From assembly GCA_044228045.1 (NCBI GenBank), contig JBGAVQ010000001.1, forward strand, positions 32,792 through 96,791: a stretch of DNA of 64,000 nucleotides. Direction: 5' to 3'. The notes below the pieces were generated by a model, which was given only the letters and a program-made list of their open reading frames with translations, was not told the DNA's origin and searched no databases. The position numbers and the translations under genes were made by a program. Shown here piece by piece: positions 38,937 to 50,018 of this stretch. Position 1 is the stretch's first letter. Each line of letters begins with the position of its first letter. The DNA comes from Spirosomataceae bacterium (GTDB lineage: Bacteria; Bacteroidota; Bacteroidia; Cytophagales; Spirosomataceae).

Positions 38937-40181
38937 ATGAACAGCTCAGAGTTAATAGCATCGTTTTCGGAATTTGCCAAAGAAAAAAACATTGACCGAC
39001 CTACGATGATTAAGGTGCTTGAAGAAGTATTCCGCACCATGATTCGCAAAAAATATGGCACCGACGAACACTTCGACGTGATTATCAACCCCGAAAGTGG
39101 TGACCTCGAAATGTGGCGGACTCGTGAAATTGTAGATGACGATTCGGAAGATATTTGGGATTATGACAAAATTCCATTGTCAGAAGCCAAAAAAATTGAA
39201 CCTGACTTTGAAATCGGCGAAGAAGTAGCTGACGAAGTGAAATTAGACGATTTTGGACGGCGTGTTGTGCAAACTGCTCGCCAAACGCTAATTCAAAAAG
39301 TAAAGGACCTCGAAAAAGAACTCCTTTATCAAAAATACAAAGACCAAGTAGGCGAAATGGTCACTGTGGAAGTCTATCAAGTACTTGGCCGTGAGGTGAT
39401 TTGCTTAGATTCCCTTGGCAATGAACTAAGCTTGCCTCGTGGAGAACAGATTTCGAAGGACCGATTCAAAAAAGGTGAAAACCTCAAAGCGGTGATTCAT
39501 AAGGTAGAAATGAATAATGGTACACCCAAAATTACCTTGTCACGAACCTCACCGGTGTTCTTAGAAAGATTGTTTGAACAAGAAATTCCAGAGGTATTCG
39601 ACGGACTCATCAATGTGCGTAAAGTAGTACGTGAACCTGGCGAAAGAGCCAAAGTTGCCGTAGAGTCTTACGACGACCGCATTGATCCTGTAGGGGCTTG
39701 TGTAGGCATGAAAGGCTCTCGGATTCACGCCATTGTGCGAGAATTAGACAATGAGAACATTGATGTTATCAACTATACTGATAACCTCGAGCTACTCATT
39801 CAACGGGCACTTAGTCCAGCCAAAATCAGCCGGATGACTATCAATAAAGATGAAAAGCGAGTGGCCGTTTATATGAAACCAGACCAAGTGTCGTTGGCAA
39901 TCGGAAAAGGTGGTCAAAACATCAAATTGGCAGGCAGATTAGTAGGCTTGGAGCTTGACGTGTTCCGTGATATAGAAGGACAAGAAGACGACGAAGACGT
40001 AGATTTGATGGAATTCTCTGATGAAATTGAGGGATGGATTATCGAAGAACTTCGTCGCATCGGTCTTGATACTGCCAAGCAAGTGTTGGCAATGAGCAAA
40101 GAAGACCTTGTGCGCCGTACTGACCTCGAAGAAGAAATGGTAGAAGACGTAATCAGTGTATTAAAACAAGAATTTGAGTAA
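38937..40181 (+). CDS. nusA: transcription termination/antitermination factor NusA
   Basis: 414 aa with S1 and two KH domains (RAKVAV...DPVGACVGMKGSRI, GKGGQNIKLA). Confidence 0.96.
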   Translation: MNSSELIASFSEFAKEKNIDRPTMIKVLEEVFRTMIRKKYGTDEHFDVIINPESGDLEMWRTREIVDDDSEDIWDYDKIPLSEAKKIEPDFEIGEEVADEVKLDDFGRRVVQTARQTLIQKVKDLEKELLYQKYKDQVGEMVTVEVYQVLGREVICLDSLGNELSLPRGEQISKDRFKKGENLKAVIHKVEMNNGTPKITLSRTSPVFLERLFEQEIPEVFDGLINVRKVVREPGERAKVAVESYDDRIDPVGACVGMKGSRIHAIVRELDNENIDVINYTDNLELLIQRALSPAKISRMTINKDEKRVAVYMKPDQVSLAIGKGGQNIKLAGRLVGLELDVFRDIEGQEDDEDVDLMEFSDEIEGWIIEELRRIGLDTAKQVLAMSKEDLVRRTDLEEEMVEDVISVLKQEFE

Positions 40182-40284
40182 AGTTTGATAGCAGATACTG
40201 AATTCCAGATACTTGGACTATCCAGCATCAAAAAATCTGGAATCCAGCATTCTAATTAATAGTTGAAATTTCTAACAAGAACGA

Positions 40285-43200
40285 ATGGCAGAAGATAAAT
40301 CCATGCGTATGAGCCTTGTGGCAAAGCAAATCAACGTAGGCGTGCCTACGATTGTGCAGCATTTATCTGCCAAAGGCTATAAAATTGACGCCAATCCCAA
40401 TACCAAGCTTAATTATGAGCACTTGGGTATATTGGCAAAAGACTTTGGTCGTCCTGATTTGCTTTCTGACACACCCAGAAAAGAAGAGGCTGTGCTTGAA
40501 AAGAAAAAAAGTGACGACGATTTGCCTTTGTATTTCCGTGACAAGATATCTGGAAACACTACTACAACTACTGAATCACAAGAGGTAGAAAAAGTAGTAG
40601 AAATTGTTGTTGAAAAGCCAATTGAGATACCCAAAGAGCCTGAAACTATTAAAGTAGAAGCAAAGCTACAGGGACCAAAAGTAATTGGCAAAATAGATTT
40701 GGATGCTCTTAATATGCCACCTGTTCTGAAACCAGAACCTGTAGTAGTGGTTGAAGAGAAAAAAACGGAGGAGAAAAAGGAAGAAAAAGCCATTGAAGAA
40801 GTACCCGTTGAAATAGTGGTGGTGGCACCTCCAGTAGTAGAAGAGAAAAAGGAAGAAAAGCCTATCGAAGTGGTAATAGTGCCGCCAGTTGTGGTGGTAG
40901 AAGAACCAGTCGTTAAAGTAGAGCTTCCTCTGCCTATTGTAGAAGAAAAGCCACCAGTGGTTGAGCAAAAGCCTACGCCACCACCAGTACAGGTAGTAAA
41001 AACGCCTCATCCAAAAGTAGAGCCTAAAAAAGAAAAGCCAGTGGTTCAGGTGCCTCCACCCAAAGTAGTAGAGGTAAAAGAAGAAGAGCCAGAGATAGAA
41101 CTTATTGAAGCCAAAGCCGAGCAGCTTCGGGGGCTAAAAGTTTTAGGGAAAATTGAGCTACCTGTTGAGCGCAAACCAAGTGACGACCGTGACAAAAAGA
41201 AGAAACGGAAACGGATTCGCCTCAACGAACAAGTTAAGGATAATAAACCCCCTCAAAATAGAGAATCTAACAAAACTGGTGGGGGTGGCAATAAACAAGG
41301 AGGGCAAAACCCTACACAGCAAGGCCAGCAAAACAAACAAGGCGGCAATGCTAAAGGCGGTGGGCAGCAACAAAACAACCAGGGTAACAACCAAAACACC
41401 ACGCAGAATAACCAAGGTAATAACCAAAATAATACTCAAAACAACAACCAGAACAACCAGAACAATCAGTCTGGTAAAAACAAAAAAAGAGAGCGTAAAG
41501 ACGAAATTTCAAACAAGGATATTCAGAGTTCGATCAAAGCAACGTACGCTCGTATCAGTAGTAATAAGCCAAGTTTTGGCGCAGATAAACGCCGCCAAAA
41601 GCGTAGAATCCGTGCCGAACAAGCCGAGCTTCGTCAACTACAAGAAGATGAAGATGCAAAAGTCCTAAAAGTAACAGAGTTTATTTCGGCAAACGATTTG
41701 GCTTCGCTGATGGACGTATCTGTCAATGAAGTTATCGGTGCTTGTATGAGCATGGGTATGTTTGTTTCGATAAACCAACGACTTGATGCTGAGGCTATTA
41801 CGGTTATTGCCGATGAGTTTGGTTTTGAAGTGCAATTTGTTTCTGCCGAAGAAGAAATCGAGGCGGCATTGGTAGAAGAAGAAGATGCTCCCGAGGATTT
41901 GGTTGAACGAGCACCTATTGTTACCATCATGGGTCACGTTGACCACGGTAAAACCTCTTTACTTGACTACATCCGCCGCTCAAAAGTAGCCGCAGGCGAA
42001 GCAGGGGGTATTACCCAACACATTGGTGCTTATAATGTAGTAACAGACTCTGGCAAACCGATTACGTTCTTAGATACACCTGGTCACGAAGCTTTTACGG
42101 CCATGCGTGCTCGTGGAGCCAAAGTAACCGACATTGTTATTATTGTGATTGCTGCTGACGACAGCGTGATGCCTCAAACCAAAGAAGCCATCAACCACGC
42201 TCAAAATGCGGGTGTGCCTATTGTATTTGCATTTAGTAAAGTTGACAAACCAGGTGCCAATACCGAAAAAATTAGAGAGGCCCTGGCTAATTTGAATATA
42301 CTCGTTGAAGAGTGGGGTGGTAAATACCAAACACAGGAAATTTCATCAAAATCAGGGCTTGGTATTTCAGACTTGCTCGAAAAAGTATTGCTCGAAGCTG
42401 AAATGTTGGAACTAAAAGCTAACCCTAATCGTAGGGCATCAGGTACTGTAATTGAAGCCTCGCTCGATAAAGGTCGGGGGTATGTTTCTACTATGCTGAT
42501 TCAGAACGGTACACTCAACTTAGGAGATGTGATGCTGGCTGGCGAGCACTATGGGCGGGTAAAAGCCATGTACGACTACCGAGGCAATCGCCTTAAAAAA
42601 GCAGGCCCTGCTACGCCAGTACAAGTACTGGGCCTGAGTGGTGCGCCTACCTCTGGCGATAAGCTACAAGTACTTGACACTGACCGTGAAGCCAAAGAAA
42701 TTGCCAACAAGCGTGAACAGATTTTGCGTGAACAAAATATGCGAACACGCAAGCACATTACACTCGAAGAGATTGGCCGTCGTAAGGCGATAGGTACATT
42801 CAAAGAACTTAACGTGATTGTAAAAGGTGATGTGGACGGTTCAGTAGAAGCCCTTTCTGATTCGCTTCTCAAGCTTTCTACCGAAGAAGTACAAGTCAAT
42901 ATCATACACAAAGCTGTTGGTCAAGTTTCAGAATCCGACGTATTGTTGGCTTCTACCGCCGATGCCATTGTGGTAGCGTTCCAAGTACGCCCAAGCGTAA
43001 ATGCCAAACGCATTGCCGAGCAAGAACAAATTGAAATCCGTACTTACTCTATCATCTATCAGGCTATCGAAGAAGTCAAGAAAGCGATGGAAGGCTTGTT
43101 AGCGCCTGAGTTTGAGGAGATTGTTACTGGTACAATAGAAGTTCGTGAGGTATTCAAAATTTCTAAAATCGGTACAGTTGCAGGTTCTTACGTAACAGAT

Positions 43201-43413
43201 GGCTTTGTAAAACGCAACAATAAAATTCGGATTATCAGAGACTTCATTGTGATTCACGAAGGAGAAATTGCTGCCCTCAAACGCTTTAAAGACGACGTTT
43301 CGGAAGTAAAATACGGCTACGAGTGTGGCGTAAGTATCAAGAACTTCCATGACATCGAGATTGGTGATGTTATTGAATCATTTGAAATGAAAGAATTGAA
43401 ACGAACGCTCTAA
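40285..43413 (+). CDS. infB: translation initiation factor IF-2
   Basis: 1042 aa. The conserved GTPase is [25 protein letters not shown]. The N-terminal region is long, low-complexity and repetitive. Confidence 0.96.
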   Translation: MAEDKSMRMSLVAKQINVGVPTIVQHLSAKGYKIDANPNTKLNYEHLGILAKDFGRPDLLSDTPRKEEAVLEKKKSDDDLPLYFRDKISGNTTTTTESQEVEKVVEIVVEKPIEIPKEPETIKVEAKLQGPKVIGKIDLDALNMPPVLKPEPVVVVEEKKTEEKKEEKAIEEVPVEIVVVAPPVVEEKKEEKPIEVVIVPPVVVVEEPVVKVELPLPIVEEKPPVVEQKPTPPPVQVVKTPHPKVEPKKEKPVVQVPPPKVVEVKEEEPEIELIEAKAEQLRGLKVLGKIELPVERKPSDDRDKKKKRKRIRLNEQVKDNKPPQNRESNKTGGGGNKQGGQNPTQQGQQNKQGGNAKGGGQQQNNQGNNQNTTQNNQGNNQNNTQNNNQNNQNNQSGKNKKRERKDEISNKDIQSSIKATYARISSNKPSFGADKRRQKRRIRAEQAELRQLQEDEDAKVLKVTEFISANDLASLMDVSVNEVIGACMSMGMFVSINQRLDAEAITVIADEFGFEVQFVSAEEEIEAALVEEEDAPEDLVERAPIVTIMGHVDHGKTSLLDYIRRSKVAAGEAGGITQHIGAYNVVTDSGKPITFLDTPGHEAFTAMRARGAKVTDIVIIVIAADDSVMPQTKEAINHAQNAGVPIVFAFSKVDKPGANTEKIREALANLNILVEEWGGKYQTQEISSKSGLGISDLLEKVLLEAEMLELKANPNRRASGTVIEASLDKGRGYVSTMLIQNGTLNLGDVMLAGEHYGRVKAMYDYRGNRLKKAGPATPVQVLGLSGAPTSGDKLQVLDTDREAKEIANKREQILREQNMRTRKHITLEEIGRRKAIGTFKELNVIVKGDVDGSVEALSDSLLKLSTEEVQVNIIHKAVGQVSESDVLLASTADAIVVAFQVRPSVNAKRIAEQEQIEIRTYSIIYQAIEEVKKAMEGLLAPEFEEIVTGTIEVREVFKISKIGTVAGSYVTDGFVKRNNKIRIIRDFIVIHEGEIAALKRFKDDVSEVKYGYECGVSIKNFHDIEIGDVIESFEMKELKRTL
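41370..41470 (+). repeat. imperfect tandem codon repeats encoding an Asn/Gln-rich tract in the IF-2 N-terminal region
   Basis: The DNA reads aaccagggtaacaaccaaaacaccacgcagaat / aaccaaggtaataaccaaaataatactcaaaac, followed by aaccagaac units. It encodes [31 protein letters not shown]. Confidence 0.7.
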
Positions 43414-43433
43414 TTGGTGTTCATCATAAAATC

Positions 43434-43475
43434 AGACCCACAAGGCTTTGCTGTCTTGTGGGTCTTTTGTTTTTA
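43434..43475 (+). terminator. intrinsic terminator after infB
   Basis: AGACCCACAAG-loop-CTTGTGGGTCT followed by TTTTGTTTTT. Confidence 0.85.
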
Positions 43476-43517
43476 ACTATTTTTTAACGAACTTTCCCCT
43501 CTTAAAATACGCTTTTT

Positions 43518-44150
43518 ATGGTTGTAACCCTGCCTTTACCACTCACCCTCTCCGAACGAGCCAATGCACCTGACGAACTTCGGGCAGCTGCTACGTTTGA
43601 AGAATACCTCGACTTCGCTGCTGAATGTGAGTACAATGTAGATTTTTACAACAACGAAATCATCTCGGTGGGACAAGCTTCTTTACCACACGAGTCCTTA
43701 GTGACTCGGCTCGCTTATTTGTTAATCTCTATTTTTGATAAGCAAGAAGAATATCAAGTATTCGGTAGCAATATCAAAGTACATATACCCGCTTGTGTGG
43801 CTTCGTTTAATGCAGACATAACTGTCATTAAAGGCGAGCCTGATTATTTACGCTTACCGAGTGGAAAATTTTCAAGCGTTGAGATACAGAATCCTGAGAT
43901 TATTGTCGAAATCCTCTCTAAGTCCACCTACAATTACGACTTCGGGACTAAATTATCGTGTTACAAAACCCTTGAATCACTTAAACAAGTGCTATTCATT
44001 GACCAAAGTAAGATTTCTGTAGAAACCTTTGTCCGTACCAACGAACCACAAACATGGCTAAATAAACGCTTCGATTCAATGGACGATAAAGTAGTAGTGC
44101 TTGATAATGAAATCTTATTGAAAGACATTTATAAAAAAATGAAGTTTTGA
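43518..44150 (+). CDS. Uma2 family endonuclease (DUF820)
   Basis: 210 aa. Has the typical Uma2 layout (F.EYL.F......E...GEI..M......H) and a PD-(D/E)xK-like core (NADITVI...PEIIVEILSKST). Confidence 0.7.
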   Translation: MVVTLPLPLTLSERANAPDELRAAATFEEYLDFAAECEYNVDFYNNEIISVGQASLPHESLVTRLAYLLISIFDKQEEYQVFGSNIKVHIPACVASFNADITVIKGEPDYLRLPSGKFSSVEIQNPEIIVEILSKSTYNYDFGTKLSCYKTLESLKQVLFIDQSKISVETFVRTNEPQTWLNKRFDSMDDKVVVLDNEILLKDIYKKMKF

Positions 44151-44238
44151 GTCTGCATTTAATTGTTAAAAAATATAGTAATCAATTGAATATCAGTTAT
44201 TTTTCGCTTATCTTATTCATTAACATCATCAACTTTTC

Positions 44239-45747
44239 ATGAAAAACCACACCTTATTGAGTTTGTTAGCATTGGGTTTACTCCTTACAACACCTGCCGA
44301 TGCTCAACGCAAAAAAAGTAAAGTACCAGAACAAAACTTTACCCAAGCCGAGCCAGAATCGCATATCCGATTTTTGGCATCTGACGAAATGCAAGGCCGA
44401 CGCACCGGCGAGCAGGGCAATCAGGTGGCGGCTCGTTACCTTGCCGAGCAGTTTCGTCGCTTGGGCTTAAAACCAGCTTCTGGCAACGATTACCTGCAAT
44501 TAGTACCTTTTGAACAAGTTCGAAGCAGTAAAGAAGGCACAATTTTGGCAGGCAGCGATACACTCCAAATCAGCAAGCAGTTCATTGTCGTATCTGGCGA
44601 AGGCGCAGCACTTACTAATGCACCTGTAGTTTTTGTGGGCTATGGTTGGGCTGACGACAAAGGCTACAACGACTATAAAGATATTGATGTAAAAGGCAAG
44701 GTAGTGATAGCCTCTTTGGGTACACCCGATGCCAAAACTCCAGGCGAAAATCTACGGGCTTCGGAGCGCAAAAATCAATTGGCCGCCGAAAAAGGAGCTG
44801 TGGCTCTTATCGAAATTTTTACCTTATCTATGCCGTGGCAAACGGTAACTCGCTATTTTGGTGGAGACCGCCTCGGTTTGGCAAGCGAAAGTAAAGCCGC
44901 AGGTATTCCGCACGTATGGGTAAGTAGCCAAGCCAAAAAGTCGTTACCTAATGGACTCAATGCCATTTCGATGCGTTTTGCAGGGCAAAGCCGCTCGCCA
45001 GTGCGTTCTTACAACGTAGCGGCGGTGCTTGAGGGCTCTGACCCAGTTTTGAAAAACGAATACCTTATCTTATCGGCGCACTACGACCACGTGGGTACAG
45101 GCAAAAACGGTGGCGCAAGTTTCAGCCCTTCTGATAGCATCTTCAACGGCACTCGTGACAATGCCTTTGGCACAGTAGCAGTGTTGATGGCGGCCAAGGC
45201 TCTCAGTGAGCAAAAGCCTAAGCGATCTATCTTGTTTTTGGGCTTTACCGCCGAAGAAATTGGGCTGTTAGGTAGCCGATACTATTCCGAACACCCCCTT
45301 GTTCCTCTCAAACAGTGTGTTTATAACCTCAATTGTGATGGTGCCGGATACTCAGATACTACCCTCGTAACCATGATTGGCCTAAACCGTACCGATGCAA
45401 AACCCGAAATTGAGCAAGGTTGTCAAGCATTTGGGCTTACCGTCAACGACGACCCTGCTCCCGAACAAAACCTATTTGACCGCTCTGATAACGTCAATTT
45501 TGCGGCCAAGGGCATTCCTTCCCCCACATATTCGTTAGGTTTTCGTAAGTTCGATGCCGAAATCATGAAGTTTTATCACCAAGCAACCGACAATCCCGAA
45601 ACCATCAGCTTTGGTTACTTACTCAAATATTGTCAAGCATACACCTATACAGCTCGATTGATAGCAGACCGAACTGCCGCTCCCAAATGGATAGTTGGTG
45701 ATAAGTATGAAAAAGCATTTATGGAGTTGTATAACACAGGAAAATGA
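44239..45747 (+). CDS. M28 family metallopeptidase with PA domain
   Basis: 502 aa with a signal peptide. Zinc-ligand regions are SAHYDHVG, DNAFGTVAVL, FTAEEIGLLGS and NCDG. Confidence 0.85.
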   Translation: MKNHTLLSLLALGLLLTTPADAQRKKSKVPEQNFTQAEPESHIRFLASDEMQGRRTGEQGNQVAARYLAEQFRRLGLKPASGNDYLQLVPFEQVRSSKEGTILAGSDTLQISKQFIVVSGEGAALTNAPVVFVGYGWADDKGYNDYKDIDVKGKVVIASLGTPDAKTPGENLRASERKNQLAAEKGAVALIEIFTLSMPWQTVTRYFGGDRLGLASESKAAGIPHVWVSSQAKKSLPNGLNAISMRFAGQSRSPVRSYNVAAVLEGSDPVLKNEYLILSAHYDHVGTGKNGGASFSPSDSIFNGTRDNAFGTVAVLMAAKALSEQKPKRSILFLGFTAEEIGLLGSRYYSEHPLVPLKQCVYNLNCDGAGYSDTTLVTMIGLNRTDAKPEIEQGCQAFGLTVNDDPAPEQNLFDRSDNVNFAAKGIPSPTYSLGFRKFDAEIMKFYHQATDNPETISFGYLLKYCQAYTYTARLIADRTAAPKWIVGDKYEKAFMELYNTGK

Positions 45748-45774
45748 TTTTTTGACCCATCTTATCCTGCAATA

Positions 45775-45806
45775 GCCCTTGCTGCTGGTACAGTGAGGGC
45801 TTTTTT
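45775..45806 (+). terminator. intrinsic terminator after the M28 peptidase gene
   Basis: GCCCTTGCTG-loop-CAGTGAGGGC (10 bp, 2 wobble pairs) followed by TTTTTT. Confidence 0.65.
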
Positions 45807-45879
45807 GCTAACTTGCAGCCACTACCTGATGCAACAACTTTTTGTAACAAAGCGTTAATAGTAGTAAAAAAATGCTGAG

Positions 45880-46170
45880 ATGACCACTCCCGAGCAAAAC
45901 CAGCAAATCATATCGTACTTGATGCCTTACAAGCCGACTAAAATCGGTATTTTTGGCTCTTACGCTCGTGGTGAAAATCGCCCCGACAGTGATATTGATA
46001 TTTTGATTGATTGGAAAGCTCGTGTACCCCTATGGACTTTTGCAAGTATTGTTGGAGACCTTTCTGAACTACTGGGTACAAAAGTTGATTTGATTACTAC
46101 AGGAGCGATACATCCACTGATAGAACAAGAAATTAAGAAAGAGTTGCAGTTGATTTATGAGCATTTATGA
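45880..46170 (+). CDS. mntA: nucleotidyltransferase-domain antitoxin (MntA-like, type VII TA)
   Basis: 96 aa with the minimal NTase motif GSYARGENRPDSDIDILI. Its stop overlaps the start of the HEPN gene (ATGA). Confidence 0.85.
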   Translation: MTTPEQNQQIISYLMPYKPTKIGIFGSYARGENRPDSDIDILIDWKARVPLWTFASIVGDLSELLGTKVDLITTGAIHPLIEQEIKKELQLIYEHL

Positions 46171-46517
46171 AAAACAATTTGGTTTACCTAAGGCATATTG
46201 AAGAATGTCTTGAAAAACTCATTGAATATACAGAGAATATAACAATAGATGATTTCTGGGAAAATTCTATGATTCAAGATGCCTGTGTACGCAAATTAGA
46301 AGTCATTGGCGAAGCAACAAAAAACCTTTCTATTGATATTAGAGAGCACTATTCCCCTTTTCCATGGAAAGGATTAGCGGGTATGCGTGATGTGATGATA
46401 CACCAATATTTCAGAGTTGATTTACAGATTGTTTGGGATTCTGCGAAATATCATGCTGTTGATTTACTGATTCAGCTTCAAGAAATTATCGAAAAAGAGC
46501 GATCTGTTTCGCAATAG
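46167..46517 (+). CDS. hepT: HepT-like HEPN ribonuclease toxin (DUF86)
   Basis: 116 aa with the Rx4H HEPN motif (GMRDVMIHQY) and the DUF86 N-terminal pattern YLRHI.E....I. Confidence 0.85.
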   Translation: MKNNLVYLRHIEECLEKLIEYTENITIDDFWENSMIQDACVRKLEVIGEATKNLSIDIREHYSPFPWKGLAGMRDVMIHQYFRVDLQIVWDSAKYHAVDLLIQLQEIIEKERSVSQ

Positions 46518-46530
46518 TTAAAAAAACTTT

Positions 46531-48603
46531 ATGAATTTCCTTTACCCTCCTTTCCTTTTTGGCTTATTGGCAATGACAATACCCGTCGTTGTTCACTTTT
46601 TCAATTTTCGACGTACCAAACGGGTGTTTTTCACCAACGTGGCGTTTCTCAAGCAGGTCAATACCACCACCAGCTCGTTTAGGCGACTCAAGCACTTGCT
46701 AATCATGGCGGCTCGGATGCTGTTTTTGGGCAGTTTAGCCTTAGCATTTGCCCAGCCGTTTTTTCCCTCTAAAAACAACGCAGGTTTAGGTAATGCTGGT
46801 GTAACGAGTTTTTATCTGGACAATTCGCTGAGTATGCAAAATGAGTTGGATAACAAGCGTTATCTTGATTTTGCCGCCACTAAATTAGACGAACTCCTCA
46901 CTGTGTTTCAAAATGGCACTAATTTACAGTTAGTTACCAACGATTTTGATAGCCGAGAACACGAACTTAACACATCCGGGCAACTGAAAGAGCGACTTGC
47001 AGGCGTAGAACTTTCGCATACTGGGCGCTCGTTTGACAATGTGTATCGCCGGCAACAAAGCCTCACTGCCAAGCATAATCCCAAGGGTGGCAATCAATTG
47101 TTTTGGTTTTCGGACTTTCAGAAAAGTACAGCTGGCGAGTTATCGAAACTCAAAATGGATACATCGAGCCGTCTGTTTTTAGTGCCTGTTCAAGCCAAAA
47201 ACACCCAAAATGTATTTGTAGATTCAGTTTGGCTCAACACGCCATTCATTCGAGAAATGCAAAGTAACCGCCTTTCGGTGCGGCTTCGCAACGGTAGCGA
47301 CCAGCCAGTAGATAAACTATCGGTCAAGTTGTTTCTGGACGATACGCAGGTTGCTTCGCAAACGGTGAGCCTTTCGGCTCGTAATGCGGGCATTACCACA
47401 TTCAGTTTCACGGTTCGAGAAAAAGGCTTCCGCAAAGGCCGTATTTCGTTTGACGATACGCCCATTACCTTCGACAACGACTTCTATTTTGTGCTAAATG
47501 CCGCTCCTGTTATCCAAGTGTTGCACCTTTATGGCCAAGCAACTGGACGGTTTGTTGCCAATGTATTTGCCAATGATAGTTTGTTTGCTTTTCGTAGTTT
47601 TTCGGCCCTTAATGCCGACGTAGGCCAAATCAAAACGGCCAATCTGATTGTTTTGGAAGGGGTTGAGCAAGTAGAAGGCTCAGTCCGAACAGAATTAGAG
47701 ACCTTTGTACGAAACGGCGGTAGTTTGGTCGTAGTTCCTCCAAATCGCCCTAATGTGAGTTCCTACGAAGCTTTTTTAGGAACATTAGGTGTGCGAGGAA
47801 TCTTAGTCAATGGCAAGCCCATTACACCGCAAGATTTGCAGGCACTCGCAGAGCCAGCCAAGCAAAGTCCATTTTTTGTAGATATTTTTGAAAGTACTAC
47901 CATCAAAGAAAACGTGTCGATGCCCAACGCTTCGGCAGTGTGGGCATGGCAAGCAATTGGTGATAAGCTCCTGACATTCAGAAACAACCAGCCTTTCTTA
48001 ACAGCTTCGTCGGCGCAGCAAGGCAAAGTGTATGTGCTGGCCTCACCACTTGACCCATCGTTTGGGGAGTTTGCTCGTAATGCCCTTTTTGTGCCTGTCA
48101 TGTACAAAATAGCCGCCATGAGTGTGCGACAAGAGCCAACAGCGTATAGTTTTAGAGATAATACCTTTACGCTCGAATTGCCCACAGCTCCTAATCCCAA
48201 TGCTGTTTTTAAACTCAAAAGAGAAAAGCTGGAAATCATACCGATTCAGCGACTCAACGGCAATTTACTTACCATTGAATTGCCAAAAAGTAATCAACTC
48301 AATGATAATCAGGAGATTGAGTCGGGGTATTATGAACTACAATTGAACAACAAAGCTGAAAAGCTCTTGGCGTTTAATCATGATAACAAAGAATCGCTAA
48401 TGGATTTTTATTCTCCAGATGAACTTAAAGGCATCTTTGCTGGTCAGAAAAACGTGCAAGTATTTGACAAATTAGATGACGACGGCTTTGTAAAAGAATT
48501 TCGTGAGCAAAATGTAGGAAAAGTGCTTTGGAAGTATTTTGTGATAGCAGCCTTAGTGTTTCTGCTAATAGAAATTGCCCTGATTCGGTTGATGAAAGGG
48601 TAG
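46531..48603 (+). CDS. BatA-domain (aerotolerance N-terminal double-TM) containing protein
   Basis: 690 aa. The N-terminus MNFLYPPFLFGLLAMTIPVVVHFFNFRR is the signature of the BatA N-terminal double-transmembrane domain. There is a C-terminal TM anchor. Confidence 0.75.
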   Translation: MNFLYPPFLFGLLAMTIPVVVHFFNFRRTKRVFFTNVAFLKQVNTTTSSFRRLKHLLIMAARMLFLGSLALAFAQPFFPSKNNAGLGNAGVTSFYLDNSLSMQNELDNKRYLDFAATKLDELLTVFQNGTNLQLVTNDFDSREHELNTSGQLKERLAGVELSHTGRSFDNVYRRQQSLTAKHNPKGGNQLFWFSDFQKSTAGELSKLKMDTSSRLFLVPVQAKNTQNVFVDSVWLNTPFIREMQSNRLSVRLRNGSDQPVDKLSVKLFLDDTQVASQTVSLSARNAGITTFSFTVREKGFRKGRISFDDTPITFDNDFYFVLNAAPVIQVLHLYGQATGRFVANVFANDSLFAFRSFSALNADVGQIKTANLIVLEGVEQVEGSVRTELETFVRNGGSLVVVPPNRPNVSSYEAFLGTLGVRGILVNGKPITPQDLQALAEPAKQSPFFVDIFESTTIKENVSMPNASAVWAWQAIGDKLLTFRNNQPFLTASSAQQGKVYVLASPLDPSFGEFARNALFVPVMYKIAAMSVRQEPTAYSFRDNTFTLELPTAPNPNAVFKLKREKLEIIPIQRLNGNLLTIELPKSNQLNDNQEIESGYYELQLNNKAEKLLAFNHDNKESLMDFYSPDELKGIFAGQKNVQVFDKLDDDGFVKEFREQNVGKVLWKYFVIAALVFLLIEIALIRLMKG

Positions 48604-48681
48604 TTTTGTTAAAAACTCTTAATCTCGAAGCAACAATTGGTTTCATGCGTAACTTGCAGTATTAACAAACGGCACTTCGCC

Positions 48682-49443
48682 ATGAAAAAGAATTACTTGA
48701 TTTTTTGTTTACTCCTATTAGGCTTAACAAGTTGCATGGAGCCGCTCTATCAGCTGCATCCCACAGCCAATGAGTATGTGTTGAACGAAGGGAGAAAAGT
48801 AGTAAAACAGGCCAAAGACGGTGTAAAAATTGTAACCGCTTTTGATGGGGAGTTTCAAAACTACTTGGTGTTTGACACAGAATTCTTCAACCAAACGGAC
48901 AAAAGTTTGGAGGTAAATCCAGCCAATTTTGTAGCCTATCCTCTTGATAAACAGCGAGATTCGTTACGAAATGAACGTAATCCTGCCTATGCCCTTGCCT
49001 ACGGTGCGGCTGACCCAGACCAAAAAATAGTTGAAGCCGAGCAAGATATGCGCCGTGCCGAAAAACGCCACAAATTTGCAACGGTACTCACGGCAGTCTT
49101 GTTGGTTGCTAATGTGGTGAGTGATGTGTCGTCGTCGAACAGGTCTCGCAATGCAGGGGAGTGGACACGCAACCGCATTGTCCACGATAATAATTACCAA
49201 TTGCTTGCAGTGAAGCAGTTGGTGGATAATGTGATGTATCTGAACCGCATGAATCGCCTTGACTATGAACGAGGTAATTGGCACCAAGAACCTTTCCGGA
49301 AGCAAACATTACTACCAGGGACCTCTATACGTGGCAGGATTTATGTACCCAAACACCAACAAGCTGCTTTTTGGCTACTAAGCTATCCTCTTGATAATGA
49401 TACAATTAGCTTTGAGTTTGAGCAGGAACTTCAAAAAAGGTAG
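48682..49443 (+). CDS. hypothetical lipoprotein
   Basis: Probable start at MKKNYLIFCLLLLGLTSC (lipobox). No family recognised. Confidence 0.55.
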   Translation: MKKNYLIFCLLLLGLTSCMEPLYQLHPTANEYVLNEGRKVVKQAKDGVKIVTAFDGEFQNYLVFDTEFFNQTDKSLEVNPANFVAYPLDKQRDSLRNERNPAYALAYGAADPDQKIVEAEQDMRRAEKRHKFATVLTAVLLVANVVSDVSSSNRSRNAGEWTRNRIVHDNNYQLLAVKQLVDNVMYLNRMNRLDYERGNWHQEPFRKQTLLPGTSIRGRIYVPKHQQAAFWLLSYPLDNDTISFEFEQELQKR

Positions 49444-50018
49444 TCCACTAAATGTAATGCTGAGTATTGGTCTGACGGAACGTCTGGGCGACCCCGTCTG
49501 ACCTGCAAACAGCATAACAAGTTTAGCACTAACCAAAAAAGAAGATGAGTTAGGCTATTGACACATCGTTAGGGTTATAAAGAACAAGCCATATTCATAG
49601 ATTTTCTATACTCAGGCATTGCAGATAGGTCTTGTTTCATCAAACTTTGTTACCATGCAAACTACGCCCGGAGGGCTTTTCGATAAGATTCACTCGTGGG
49701 ACACGAGCAAAGGCGGAGTAAGAAGGCTTCTATTACATTATCTAATGCAAAATGGGAGTATGTAATTACACATGAATGTAAAGGTGGTTTGCTAACACTA
49801 TATTTTTGTGAAGAAGATACCCTACTTAGGCGTAGTTGGCAAGAAATCAAAACGAAGAAACTTTATCGTTCAATGAAGGTCTCATTAAAAGAGTTAAAGT
49901 CTAAAAATTGGATTTTGATGCTTCGGCCTTCGCTCGTTTCCCCCACTTGCAGCAATCCCAATGTTGTGCGTTCGGCTTTCCTTTTCATTGGTCGAAGTCA
50001 GATTAAGCCCTATTTTTT

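Noticed and set aside
40202-40250. A 9-bp inverted repeat (ATTCCAGAT / ATCTGGAAT) and the direct repeat TCCAGCAT x2 between nusA and infB.
   Set aside because: This is probably an ordinary intercistronic stem-loop (a processing or stability site) in the nusA-infB operon. It has no T-run and nothing distinctive enough to report as a finding.
40352-41930. Multiple alternate-frame and antisense ORFs inside infB (40413-40793, 40666-41010, 41153-41668, 41158-41439, 41634-41930).
   Set aside because: They are shadows of the low-complexity repeat region of IF-2, with compositionally biased translations. No independent coding signal is visible.
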